In this document: piece after piece, positions 27,137 through 39,830 of the stretch
How positions within the stretch are numbered: position 1 is the stretch's first letter
How the letters are laid out: each line of letters opens with the position of its first letter
From: Octopus bimaculoides
Lineage: Eukaryota
Length of the DNA: 44,108 bases
Assembly: GCF_001194135.2 (NCBI RefSeq)
Contig: NC_068981.1
Span: 69,022,604-69,066,711, forward strand
Reading direction: 5' to 3'
Made by a program: the position numbers and the translations under genes
Notes under the pieces: model-generated
Seen by the model: only the letters and a program-made list of their open reading frames with translations
Database searches by the model: none
What the model was told of the DNA's origin: nothing

Positions 27137-27154
27137 TAACGAAAATATTGATAT

Positions 27155-27360
27155 GGGTTTCAAATGTTTGCACAATGTTAGCAAGTTCAAGAAAATGCGT
27201 AAGTGGGTTACATCGATCCCAGTAGTCAGCCAGTACTCATTTTATCGATGTCCCGAAAGGATGAAAGGTAAAAATTGATTTCGATGGAATTTGAACTCAA
27301 AACGTAAAGGCAGTCGAAATGCTGCGGTGCATTTTTTCCGGTGCGCTCACGATTCTGCCT
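27155..27360 (-). mobile_element. SINE family 1, copy g
   Basis: GGTTTCAAATGTTTGCACAA...TTTTATCGATGTCCCGAAAGGATGAAAGG...GGAATTTGAACTCAAAACGTAAAG...CGATTCTGCC. Contains a reverse-complement B-box-like GAGTTCAAATTCC. Confidence 0.8.
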
Positions 27361-27644
27361 TCAATGGTAAAACTGATGTTAAATGTTCTAAAGCCGAATC
27401 GTTGGGATAGAAGCTAAGAGCTGTATCATCAGTAAGTCGTATGCCGTTACTGTAGCAGTGTGTTTCTTTAGCGAACGCACTAAATACGCGTTGCTCAGGT
27501 TCTTGTTTCGGTTGCGAATGTGCTTCTCGATGTAGATTCCCACATCTACCACTTTACCGCATAGAGGAATCTTCCAGCAGATGACTGCACCAAAATTAGT
27601 GATATATTTATTTCTAGAATCGTTTCTACAACAATATTAGTTTC

Positions 27645-27782
27645 ATCCGCTAAGGTCGACTTTGCCTTCCATCCTTTCAGGATCGATGAATTAAGTACCA
27701 ATTTCGTACTGGGGTCGATCGGATCGGCTGGCCACCTTCCCCCAAATTTTGGGTATTGTCCCTAGAGTAGAAAAGATTATTA
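27645..27782 (+). mobile_element. SINE family 1, 5'-truncated copy h with a variant tail
   Basis: AAGGTCGACTTTGCCTTCCATCCTTTC...AAGTACCA..GTACTGGGGTCGAT...CCTAGAGTAGAAAAGATTAT. Confidence 0.78.
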
Positions 27783-27904
27783 CCTTAATAAATGTTGCAA
27801 CCAAAATAAAATTATCCACTATGTCGTTACGGAGATATTTGAGGTAGATGTGTAAACTATTTTTAACATGTTCATCAACCATCTGGTTGTTCTCTTATTG
27901 TATA

Positions 27905-28490
27905 CAGAGACGCGCGCGCACGCACACACATGCATACACGTATAATTGCATAGAGACACATATGCCTACTTCACTTTGCCCATTCTCTGATGAAATAAAA
28001 AGTCAGCACCACTGAGGATAGCACGCATGCCTACGAGACAGATAGGCATATATTTGTGTACGTGAAATTATATGTATATGTATCGATGTGTGTGTGTAAA
28101 TTTATACACATATATATGTGTGTTTGTGTGTGTTTCTGTATGTGTAAGTATATATACATATATATGTGTGTGTGTGTATGTATATGTATGTATATACGTC
28201 GCTATCTGTAGATAAATACGTACACATCTGTATGCATATACGCGTTTGTCTAAGTACTTCTATCTATACACATACTCTTGGACAGACTGAAACAAACACA
28301 AAACGTACGTACCTACACACACGGACACAAACATATGTGTATATATATATATATGAGTGTGTGTGTTTAGATGTATGTATATATGTGTGTGTGTGTGTAT
28401 GTATGTACGTATGTACGTATGTATTTATGCATACATACACAGAGAAGGAGAGACAGACAGAAAAAATGAAGAGAGCCGAGAGAGACAGAT
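27905..28490. repeat. Degenerate (CA)/(TG)/(TA)/(GA) simple-repeat field
   Basis: Direct inspection; explains ORF 28166..28501. Confidence 0.85.
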
Positions 28491-29822
28491 CATTAATTTA
28501 GTGATGGGAATATTCGGAGATATTGATTCGAAATAAAATAAGGAAGATAAAAATTAACAACGCAAAAAACATCTACAACTGATGAAAATTTAATGGCGAT
28601 TGATGGGTAATTTGTATAAATAACAGTGTGATGACTTAGTAAGAATGCACGAGCTTGATCTGAAGTAAAGAACAAATGAACGTTTGCTATGGATTTATCG
28701 GATTTGCCTCGCGTAGTAACTGGTCTAGTGGACTTGAAATCCGAAAACATTATGACTAGATGTATTGATGAATATAATAAGTATAATCTGCAATATTCTG
28801 TACTGTTTCGTCTGACCTAATTCTTTCAATCATATACACTTCTACAGAAGAATCACTCTAAAGCAGACGAACTAATGAATATGACGTCATTGGTATTATC
28901 CTACCAACGCTGCTACTTAAAAACAAACATCCAGATTGACAATACTATGGCGTCCCATAGTATTCCTACTAGTTGCTTCCTTCTTATATTGTTAATGTTT
29001 AGTAAAAGTGGTGTAGATAGTAGTGATGGTAATGTACGTACTTTGCTTCGTTGTTATTGTCGTCGTTTGGTTGTTCTTGTTTTTTGCTGTTTAATAGTGG
29101 ATAGCCGATATGTTAATTAGAGATAATATCGTTATTGTGGCTTCTGCTGCTGTTGTTGTTAATGTGAGTTGCCGGTGGGTTGCAGAGTGTCTGTAACGAT
29201 TTTGACAATTTCAAAATTATATATAATATTGATTACTTTCAGCTAGACATAAGATATAATATTCAATACCAGTGATCTATTTTCAGTGCGTACAGAGGTA
29301 TTTGATTTTTCTTTCATCCATTTTCTCAGAAGAAGACGTATAGTAGTTCCAATGCTTAATTCTCTTCATGTGAATAATTCTCTTCATCTGAATAATTCAC
29401 GTCTTAATGATCCTCAACATATGGAAAATGACTGAGATCATACAGAAAGATTGTCCATTGCATTATGTCATTAGACTTTTTCGCGCACATTGTCACTATC
29501 CAAATCAGTAAACGTAAATGGCTAGAGATTGCTGCATGTATGTCGTGAGTGTCTCGATATTACCGAAGTATCTCTCACAGCGTCGAAGCCTAATTGGTAT
29601 GTCTATATGAATGTACCGTGTTGTAAAGGTTTATCAAATAAATGTCATCGCAGAGACTTTACACCAGACCACTTCACGAGAGGAAGATTGGACATACTCA
29701 CCATTAAGAGTTTTGTAGTACTATATAATCTATGGTATTGTTGTTTATATATTCAATGTGTGCATCCCAGTAACAAACATACCGGCAGAAATTACTTCAC
29801 AGAAAGACATTATGAATAGACG

Positions 29823-29871
<49 letters not shown>

Positions 29872-30141
29872 TTATATATATATGCGTGTGTAAGTGTGTG
29901 TATATATACATACATATAAACATGTAAATATGACCTCCCCTGTTCGAAGGTTATAAAGGACACAGGTTTCGTGTGTCACATAGCTAGCTAGAGGCGATGG
30001 CTTCTTGGAGCTAATTCACGGCAGCTTTCGTCCTAATTTTGGGACTGCCATGTTGGCTTGGCGATAACTATTAATTTCCAGTACCGCTGCCGTAGTCTCC
30101 TTTAGAGAGNNNNNNNNNNNNNNNNNNNNNNNNNNNNNNNN

Positions 30142-30173
<32 letters not shown>

Positions 30174-33100
30174 CATGTATAGGTATATACCTAGCGTTTT
30201 ATATGTTTGAGAGTATTTGTGCGCGTGTGTGTGTGTAAGCGCATGTGTGATAGCGTGTAACAGCCTCGAGTATCATACGTGAAAGTCCAAACCCTTGTTA
30301 TTTCGCCGATTATTATATTCCATTGTTAATAATCTAAAGAACAAAATAATAATGATATCCAAATTATAACATCTTAAGTCATGGGGACCAGGTTAACATT
30401 AATTATGAGAATGTTACGTTTATAATGAATTTATAATGTCAGTACCCTATAGTAACACTGGTTAGAGAGCTATGTTTATTTATACGATTTTTAGCGGCGT
30501 GATTCCAATGAGAACTAATATTAGATATCAAGAAATAATTTTAGCTCTCCGTCTGGTACTTTGAGCTGTACAATAAATGATAATAAGTGAGGCAAATTCT
30601 TTTCAATTATTAATGTATTTGTCAAAGAACAATCATTTATTACCTCCACAGTTCTCGAATTCTAATAAAATAAACAATGAATCATTTTCTGAGATCGCAT
30701 AGTGTAACCTGTTTCTATTTTCTTCCAAAATATGTGTGCGTGTATGTAAATGTGTGTAGCGTGTATGAAATGTTTGCATATTGAAATTTACTTTAGCATG
30801 AGGCAAATACAAGTATTTTAGCAACGTTTCCATTCCCGTTCACTGGTCGATTAGTACTCACCTATATCATTAAAGGACAGAGAAATGAAAAGGGAAAATA
30901 TTTATTAAAACAAAAATGAGTAGGTAACGCTCTCTGCTGAAGTAGAACGGTACTAAGTGGCGACTTTAGATCAATGTAAATCACACTAGCATGAAAATAA
31001 ATGGTCGCTGAAAGTGCAATTTGAAAAAAGAGAAAGTGGTTACAGAGAAGACGGAGGAGCGAGTGAATTAATTTAGACACAAAAGAAGACATTATGTGGA
31101 AATATCCATATAAATGTCTTAAGTACTGCTTGTGCATCTTGAGTGTGAAGCATGATTTCGATTAAAGCGGGAATATATCGACTAACGGTATTCATTAAAA
31201 GTTAGGTGTGATACAATGAAGAGAATCTCTTAATGGTTATATTATCGCTGTTCTTGTAGCTGATGGTCTAGTTGTTGTTGATTAACATTGAGACAGCCTT
31301 GATCGAACAACCAAATCCGTTGTCCTTGCTGTTGTTATTGTTAGAGGTATCGTTTATAAAGTTTATTCGGTTATTGTTATTTTCAGTGTTCAACCATAGA
31401 TAAAACTGCTTGAACAGGCTTCCAAAGCAGTCTTGTCGATCAAACACTTAAGAATGATTTCCACGTTACTGCACAAATATCAATATAAGATACAAAATAG
31501 GTAGTGTGTTGCGTTGGATCAAAACACGTGATATGATTACCTTTCTTGTTAAATATGAAGCGGTAGAAAGAACAGCAAACCACAATCGGATGTATATGAG
31601 GAGGGGTTTATTGTTGTTAATGCGATGGGTTCTTCACCTGTGAGCAAAAGCATTCCAGACACGGTGAACCGGTCTACTTCCTATATCTAAGGCTACATAA
31701 GCTACATTATCTAACCTTTACAGAAAAGCAGGTCAAACCAAAATATGAACATACGAGTTCTCACAGAAGAAATGATAGCGAATTACGATGAGCTAAAATG
31801 TTGTCTTTCCCCAGAGAATTATGATCATATTTTCCTCACAATTTCAAGTCAATATAAGTCTGGGTTCGCTTCTCTTTTCAGGAATTAAGAGATAATAGCC
31901 TACTAAAAATTGAATATGAAAGATTTGAAAACAACCTATTTTGCGCAAGATCACGTGCAAGATCATGCGCGTGCATGTGTGCGGGCGTACGTGTGTGTGT
32001 GTGAGTGTACGTGAATGCATGTGTGTGTCTATGTATGTGTATGTTTGTGTGTATGCCTATGCGTTTGTAGGGCGAAAATGCTTAGAAAAATAATGTAACA
32101 CGAAAAACTAGGCTTATCAAGTACACTAATACCTTAAATTTGAGAGCATGAAAAAAATAACATTTTGAGTTTTAATGTCTCATTAGAGGAAAGGAGAAAA
32201 TGATAGAGAAAATGAACTAGTGCCATACTAGCAAGAGATAAAAATAACAAAATGGAAGAGCGTTTCCAAACTTGTGTGCACGTGGTGATATGAGTCTAGT
32301 TAACTTGGTATATGCAGATAGAAGTGTACATATAATACGATAGAACACTATCGTCCATCTAATATTTGCCTGAGGAGAGTTTAATCAAGAATTCACTTAT
32401 ACGATGAAAGTGTTTCCGAAAACGAAGTCACATCGATAATTTTCTAAAAGTTTTTTTAGCGTGTGATAGTGATATCATAGCCGAGACGTGTTTCCAAAAT
32501 TTAATAGTCGTCAGCTTTTAATATTTGCATACCTTTTTTCGAATGCTACTCATGAAAAATATATTTCCAATTCAGTCGCAAATAACTAATTCCCATCGTA
32601 TGGATCCAAAGAAAAATTGTAAGTGGAAATAGGTCACATTTTTGTTTTTTCATAAAATGGTTTCAATTATTTTTTTTTTCTAATAAACTTACAGTTAACT
32701 TGAAAAATGTACAAATAAGAATCCAGTACACTCGTGAACTGCCTTGCAGGTGCAAAATTATGTCGATCTAGCAATAGTAATCTCTGTATCTAATTCTTTC
32801 CAAGACTTCCTTTCAAGATGCTTTATCATCGCATAAGCTATGTCAAATTGGTGCACTTGAAAGATACCTGCCTGTAAAGTCTCCCGAACTTTCACCACTG
32901 CCCGCTTTCGATAAGTACATGAAGCATATGCTTCGGCACTATAGACACACCAGCAGACTTCTCCTTGCTTTCCATTGTGGAAAAACCCTGTGCCGCAGCC
33001 TCTTCAACAGGCTCATCTCAGCGTCTCTTAGAGCAACTTGCTTGAAGCCGCGGCAGCAGCTCCATAGACATGGTGTTTGCTGCAAGTCAAGTAAAAGAAA

Positions 33101-33199
33101 GTGTATTGGAAAACAGATTAATTTATATTCCATGTTTGCAAGCATTAGCCATACTTCATTGACCAACCAGCTACATAGTGGCGGGTTCTGTCCAACTGC

Positions 33200-33570
33200 T
33201 TGGCAACTCGGTTAGATCTCCTTTAATATAGCCTCGGGTTGACCAAAACCTTGTGAGAGTATTTGGTAGACGGAAAATGAAAGAAGCCAGTCGTGTGTGT
33301 GCGTGTGTGTGTGTGTGTGTGTGTATGTGTGTGTGTGTGTGTGTGTGCAGGCAAGCAATAGTATGAATATATGAGCAAGTATATATGATATTGCGTCCTT
33401 TTGTCTATGTTTGTCTCCCACCACCTTTCACAACAGGTGCTGCAATGTTGACGTGATCTTAACTTAGCGATTCGACCACCGAACACGGTAGAACAAGTAC
33501 CAACCTTTAAAAGTTAAGTACTGCGGTCGATTCACTCCATTAAAAATTCTTTAAAGCTATGCCCTAAATG
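33200..33570 (+). mobile_element. SINE family 2 with an internal (TG)n tract
   Basis: TATAGCCTCGGGTTGACCAAAACCTTGTGAGAGTATTTGGTAGACGGAAAATGAAAGAAGCC, then (TG)n at 33291-33346, then TTTGTCTCCCACCACC...AACTTAGCGATTCG..AAGTAC..GCGGTCGAT. The tail is homologous to the reverse of 21675-21870. Confidence 0.72.
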
Positions 33571-33628
33571 AGTTTAAAAGTAAAACATATATACATATAT
33601 TAAACTGGCAATATGACCATCCCCAAGT

Positions 33629-33677
<49 letters not shown>

Positions 33678-33907
33678 NNNNNNNNNNNNNNNNNNNNNNN
33701 NNNNNNNNNNNNNNNNNNNNNNNNNNNNNNNNNNNNNNNNNNNNNNNNNNNNNNNNNNNNNNNNNNNNNNNNNNNNNNNNNNNNNNNNNNNNNNNNNNNN
33801 NNNNNNNNNNNNNNNNNNNNNNNNNNNNNNNNNNNNNNNNNNNNNNNNNNNNNNNNNNNNNNNNNNNNNNNNNNNNNNNNNNNNNNNNNNNNNNNNNNNN
33901 NNNNNNN

Positions 33908-33948
<41 letters not shown>

Positions 33949-34184
33949 GAGAGAGAGAGCGGGACAGTGAGAGCGATAGATATGTATATATCTATCTATT
34001 TATGTATATATTCATATACACATAAATATATATGTGTCCGTATATATATATATATATATTTGTACCGACGTTCTTGAAATTTCTGCTTTTTATCTTTTAA
34101 TACGCCATATATTGTAATCATTTCTGCTACATATCCTCTGATGTTTTGTCTTAATTATTTGCAACATGTATCACGGAGCAAGTA

Positions 34185-34310
34185 TTCTTTCTTCTTCTTC
34201 TTCTTCTTCTCCTTCTTCTTCTTCTTCTTCTTCTTCTTCTTCTTCTTCTTCTTCTTCTTCTTCTTCTTCTTCTTCTTCTTCTTCTTCTTCTTCTTCTTCT
34301 TCTTCTTCTT

Positions 34311-34396
<86 letters not shown>

Positions 34397-34409
34397 CAAC
34401 ACTGTCATC

Positions 34410-34465
<56 letters not shown>
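34185..34465. repeat. Compound trinucleotide array (TTC)n-(TTA)n-(TCA)n
   Basis: TTC at ~34185-34340, TTA at ~34341-34396, an 8-nt spacer, then TCA at ~34405-34465. Confidence 0.97.
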
Positions 34466-35363
34466 GAATAGCTTCACCATCATTTTTTATATATTTTTGC
34501 ACACGCACATTTATCTGCATACGAAGGAAGAAATGTATGTACCAGGAATTATAACTATAACGTTGTGTTTGCTACTTTCACTAGACAGTGTGTTTATATG
34601 AATAAGTGTATGTGAATATGTGTCGACATACAAACGATTTTCTTGAACTTTTCATGTTCAGACGGAGTAGAATGGAGTAAGTAGTAAATTTAGTTTTGCT
34701 TCATTAAAATATCGATATATTTCTAAATATAATAAATATTATATATATATGCATATTGAAATGTTTGAGTAGTTGAATAGAGAAATGAAAGAAAGCAAAT
34801 GCATCGACTGCTTCGAGTATTGCTGTGTGTAGAGTGGAAACTGCACTTTATTATATACCGACAAAGATAATTACGACGAAGGAAAGATAAGGTGAAGTGC
34901 ATAGGAGACTAGAGAGTGATAGAGATAGACAGAGGGAAACACTGAAAGAAACACCACACTCACGAATACACTTTTTCACATACATAACTGCAGACATATA
35001 AATATAAATATCTACGTTTGTGTGCTTGCGCATTGAAAGAAAGGGAGAAATATAGTGACTGAGAAAAAATTATACGTAGGTAAGTCGCAACGGTTTCTCC
35101 CCATATATCTCTTACATGATTCACACCGTTTCATACTACCTTACGCTTTGTGTTCAGAAAGAAAAATTTATTGCTATATCTATAAATAGTTACTTAAGTC
35201 AAACTTGATTGCAAGCTTGAAAAACGTATCAATTTATAAATGTCTTGAAATATATTTGTATGTACACATCTAAAAGACGAATGCTCACACATTTATATAT
35301 ATGAAAGCAAATACAACACACATATCACAGTATATTACTTTGCTCACTGGTCGTATGTATATA

Positions 35364-36324
35364 NNNNNNNNNNNNNNNNNNNNNNNNNNNNNNNNNNNNN
35401 NNNNNNNNNNNNNNNNNNNNNNNNNNNNNNNNNNNNNNNNNNNNNNNNNNNNNNNNNNNNNNNNNNNNNNNNNNNNNNNNNNNNNNNNNNNNNNNNNNNN
35501 NNNNNNNNNNNNNNNNNNNNNNNNNNNNNNNNNNNNNNNNNNNNNNNNNNNNNNNNNNNNNNNNNNNNNNNNNNNNNNNNNNNNNNNNNNNNNNNNNNNN
35601 NNNNNNNNNNNNNNNNNNNNNNNNNNNNNNNNNNNNNNNNNNNNNNNNNNNNNNNNNNNNNNNNNNNNNNNNNNNNNNNNNNNNNNNNNNNNNNNNNNNN
35701 NNNNNNNNNNNNNNNNNNNNNNNNNNNNNNNNNNNNNNNNNNNNNNNNNNNNNNNNNNNNNNNNNNNNNNNNNNNNNNNNNNNNNNNNNNNNNNNNNNNN
35801 NNNNNNNNNNNNNNNNNNNNNNNNNNNNNNNNNNNNNNNNNNNNNNNNNNNNNNNNNNNNNNNNNNNNNNNNNNNNNNNNNNNNNNNNNNNNNNNNNNNN
35901 NNNNNNNNNNNNNNNNNNNNNNNNNNNNNNNNNNNNNNNNNNNNNNNNNNNNNNNNNNNNNNNNNNNNNNNNNNNNNNNNNNNNNNNNNNNNNNNNNNNN
36001 NNNNNNNNNNNNNNNNNNNNNNNNNNNNNNNNNNNNNNNNNNNNNNNNNNNNNNNNNNNNNNNNNNNNNNNNNNNNNNNNNNNNNNNNNNNNNNNNNNNN
36101 NNNNNNNNNNNNNNNNNNNNNNNNNNNNNNNNNNNNNNNNNNNNNNNNNNNNNNNNNNNNNNNNNNNNNNNNNNNNNNNNNNNNNNNNNNNNNNNNNNNN
36201 NNNNNNNNNNNNNNNNNNNNNNNNNNNNNNNNNNNNNNNNNNNNNNNNNNNNNNNNNNNNNNNNNNNNNNNNNNNNNNNNNNNNNNNNNNNNNNNNNNNN
36301 NNNNNNNNNNNNNNNNNNNNNNNN
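35364..36324. other. Largest assembly gap (~960 N); content unknown
   Basis: N run; the source of the spurious 338-348 aa ORFs. Confidence 0.98.
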
Positions 36325-36569
36325 TCTACACGCATACACATATATAAATAGAAATTGCAATCAATTACTCATTCTATTTTTTTTTTATCTCTGTCTATTG
36401 TTATATGTATTACGAAATATTCACCATTTGTCGATGTTCTATGATTGCATTCTATGTTTATGAATATGTTTTAGGTGAGTGTTCAACGAGAATAACGAAG
36501 ACTGTAGGAGTGCCTATAGCTTTTGACTTAAGAGTTCTTAGACGACAATATATAGTTGCGTACATACAC

Positions 36570-37358
36570 ACTGGCATATGTTGGAGTGCGTGTGTGTATG
36601 TCTGTGTGCGTGTATGTGTGAGTGTGTTGCGGGGTTGTGTGTGATTGAGTATGCGTGCGTGTGTGTGTGTGCGCGAGTATGCATGTGCGCGCGTATATTT
36701 GAGTGTGTGTGTGTGTGTGTTTTCTATAACCCATTCTTCTCTATGTTCTAGCAAATTATAAAGAAACGAAAACGAGCTGTATATGTTGTGTAGCAAAGTG
36801 AGATGTAGTATGTGTAAATCAGAATGCAGTTGTACATTCTTGTGAGTACAGAACCATATACATGCAAACGTCCGTGTGTGCGCGTGCGCGCGTGTATGTG
36901 TGTTTGTTTGTATGTGTCTGTGCGCGGGTATGTCTTCTGTTCTACTCCACGTCAGCAATCAATACAAACGTCAATTCGTGGTTTCGTTAGTATTTATTTT
37001 TCTCTATCTTCTCTTAATCCTTTTATTTTCTTTGCTAAAATATAAATCGAAACGTTCAATACTCTTTTATTTCTTATTTGTGGTATTTATTTTCATTCCA
37101 CAAAGTTTATGAATTTTGTTGTTTTGTTTATATCAGCTTGATATTTACTCGAATAAACTTGTGTATTATTTTCTTCATTGTCTTATCATCTTTAAACTAC
37201 CTTCTTTTCACTTTTTTACTTATGAGCTTTTTCTCTAATATATGCCGGTGTGTGTGTGTATGAGAGAGAGGTGATAGTTAGATAAATATGTGTATGTATA
37301 CAGACATACATACTTCTATGTGTATATCCATGTAAATATGCACACACGCACACACAGG

Positions 37359-37424
<66 letters not shown>

Positions 37425-37625
37425 TTGTGTGTATTTGTGTGTGAGTATGTATATAGGTATACTTAATAAACATGTGTACATACATGCATTTCTGTACACA
37501 TGTATGGACGCATGCATTTAGTAGTTTCGGTTTATATACGTACATATATACATTCATACATACATAATTACATACATACATACATGCATACATACATACT
37601 AACATACATACATGCATAACAGTAC
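36570..37625. repeat. Interrupted (TG)/(TA)/(CATA) simple-repeat fields
   Basis: Tracts at ~36570-36720, ~36860-36930 and ~37245-37625. Confidence 0.8.
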
Positions 37626-38111
37626 AGATCCGAGTCAATACTGGAACTGTAAAAATTTGTAAAATTTTCTAGAAACGTATCATTTAATTACATATTCGGA
37701 TATCTACGCATGCAATGAAATGCATGAGAGTACGGACATAAGATAATACATAAAAATCTATACAAGCACAGTTTCCATATAAAAGCACACACACATGTAA
37801 AATTACCCTGTTGACGCTGTTGAAATTATTTGGCTCTAGGTTAGAACCCGGTTCTTTCTCTATTGGCAAGAAATCTTGAAATACATACTGCCGTATAAAC
37901 ACACACACAGAAGAAAATATCAACCTGTTTGTACTGACTAATGTAACAGGTTAACATGTTTTTCGAAGTAATTATAAGCCCCACATTTTCAATCTAAAAA
38001 ATTATGAATGTTTTTATCTGTCAATATGTTTCTCAATGTAATATTCGAGTATCTTGTACACGGTTTGGAATTCTCATTTATAGGTTACTACAACTCCCAA
38101 ACAGAAATAAT

Positions 38112-38306
38112 GCTTTCAAATTTTAGCATAAAGCCAGCAAATTCAGGGAAGCGGTTAAGCTGATTGCTTTGATAACTGAACGTATTTTATCCCCACCCCG
38201 CGAAAGGATGCAAGGGACATTCGATCTCCGCAAAATTTCAACGAAGAACAAGTTGCGAGAAATGCTACGAAACATTTCCCCCGATGCGCTAAATATACTA
38301 ACAGCT
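38112..38306 (-). mobile_element. SINE family 1, diverged copy
   Basis: GCTTTCAAATTTTAGCATAAAGCCAGCAA...TATTTTAT..CGAAAGGATG..GAAATGC..CATTTCCCCCGATGCGCTAA..ACAGCT is collinear with copies f and g. Confidence 0.7.
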
Positions 38307-38549
38307 TTGTTACAAGCAGAAATAATAGAACCTTCGTAGAAATACAGGAAAATGTAACGCTTCCCGTGATAGTATATACAGTGAAGCATCAAGCCTGACA
38401 CGTTGTTACTCCCTTCTAGGATTAACAGCCGAATCATCAACCTACCTTACGCGCTTCTTACTAAATAGCAGAATATCCATGTTTGTGTGTATACCTGGAA
38501 GTGTATATGCTTGGAAGTGCATTTGCACACATATTATGAGTGTATGTGC

Positions 38550-38752
38550 GTGTATAAATATGTCTTATATATATGTGTATATATATNNNNNNNNNNNNNN
38601 NNNNNNNNNNNNNNNNNNNNNNNNNNNNNNNNNNNNNNNNNNNNNNNNNNNNNNNNNNNNNNNNNNNNNNNNNNNNNNNNNNNNNNNNNNNNNNNNNNNN
38701 NNNNNNNNNNNNNNNNNNNNNNNNNNNNNNNNNNNNNNNNNATATATGTATG

Positions 38753-38789
<37 letters not shown>

Positions 38790-38890
38790 GCACACATACA
38801 CTCGTATATATAGAGAACTATACATACGCACGCAGACACACAAACACACACACGCACGCGCGCACACATATATAGTTACATACATATAGC
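38550..38890. repeat. (TA)/(CA) simple repeats around a gap
   Basis: Direct inspection. Confidence 0.85.
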
Positions 38891-39579
38891 AGATATATAT
38901 TTGTTTTACGGTAAAAGAGGTGTGTACATACATAAAACAATTAAAAGCTCTCTGGAAATGTCATAACATTACAATCTACCCATGAGGCTTGATTTACTGT
39001 CCAGAACTAATGTATAACACTATCCGTAGAAAGATTAGTCCAGAAATCCTCCATATAATCTATAGTTAATCAAAAGCCTAAACATACATACACACATACG
39101 ATATGAGCACACACGTATACGTACATGTTCACATAACGCAATGAAGACATAACAGCGGAATGTATTTAGTAAAACATCCACGAAATACAAACATTTCGGG
39201 ATGGACGTCGAATGAAAATCGTGCGCTCTGATGGAAGTCAATTGTCGAGTAAACGTTAACATCAAATCAAGAATAAATGAATTGAAATTACCAATGGAGT
39301 ACTAATGAGAAATCTACAAATTCTACACAGTGACTATGTGTTGAAATGTAAAACTCTAATCATGGGGGATTTTGATTATTCAACTAAATTATGCAAACAA
39401 GAAAGCACAGGAATAAGAATTTGAAGCTATTACATAAAATATTTAGCGTCAAAGTGATACATGCATTTAACAGGCACACACCTACACGCTAGTGTGCACG
39501 TGCGCACACTTAGGCCTATAAGAGTACATACATATGCAGAGACACATTGCTACATGAAATGTTGCACGCGTGCAGGCGC

Positions 39580-39586
39580 GCGTATA

Positions 39587-39625
<39 letters not shown>

Positions 39626-39672
39626 GCACACACACTCACGCACGCACGCACGCACACACACACACACACACA
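39580..39672. repeat. (CA)n / (CACG)n microsatellite
   Basis: Direct inspection. Confidence 0.9.
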
Positions 39673-39689
39673 GATATGCGCACTAGTTC

Positions 39690-39830
39690 TGTAGCAAGCC
39701 AATAGATGGTAACACACGGTTGCATGCGCAGTGAGAGGTAGCGGTGATCTTCATGAGGCAGTGTGCTGAGTGACATCGCCGCGTTCACTTCGCAAGTTGG
39801 GCAATTTGTGTTTCTCTGATCACGTGTATG
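39690..39830 (+). promoter_or_regulatory. Candidate CpG-rich promoter-like island
   Basis: CCAAT at 39699-39703, NRF1/EWG-like TGCATGCGCA at 39721-39730, Inr-like TCACTT at 39785-39790 and E-box CACGTG at 39821-39826. Motif co-occurrence only. Confidence 0.25.

Noticed and set aside
28557-28665. TGATGA...CTGA pairs suggesting a C/D box snoRNA
   Set aside because: No convincing terminal stem or spacing, and such short motifs are frequent by chance in AT-rich DNA.
28875-29120. ORF with a signal-peptide-like stretch and a nearby TGACGTCA (CRE) at 28882-28889
   Set aside because: Low-complexity T/G-rich sequence gives hydrophobic residues by default, and a single 8-mer is within chance for 44 kb.
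30860-31007. Minus-strand segment bounded by a strong CAG acceptor and TAG|GTGAGT
   Set aside because: All three frames contain stops and the composition is intron-like. It cannot be supported without RNA data.
34141-34520. Poly-F/L/S, poly-K/N/D and poly-H ORFs
   Set aside because: Translations of the trinucleotide array in several frames; no coding evidence.
35301-36360. 338-348 aa ORFs, and similar ORFs at 2842, 5828-6489, 9883-10290, 20883-21356, 33613, 38461-38933 and 41821-42237
   Set aside because: They stay open only because N codons contain no stops; the flanks are (TA)n translations.
38126-38340. Open plus frame with kinase-like ISPDALNILTALL after a TTTTAG acceptor-like site
   Set aside because: The DNA is collinear with a reverse-oriented SINE family-1 copy, so the resemblance is coincidental.
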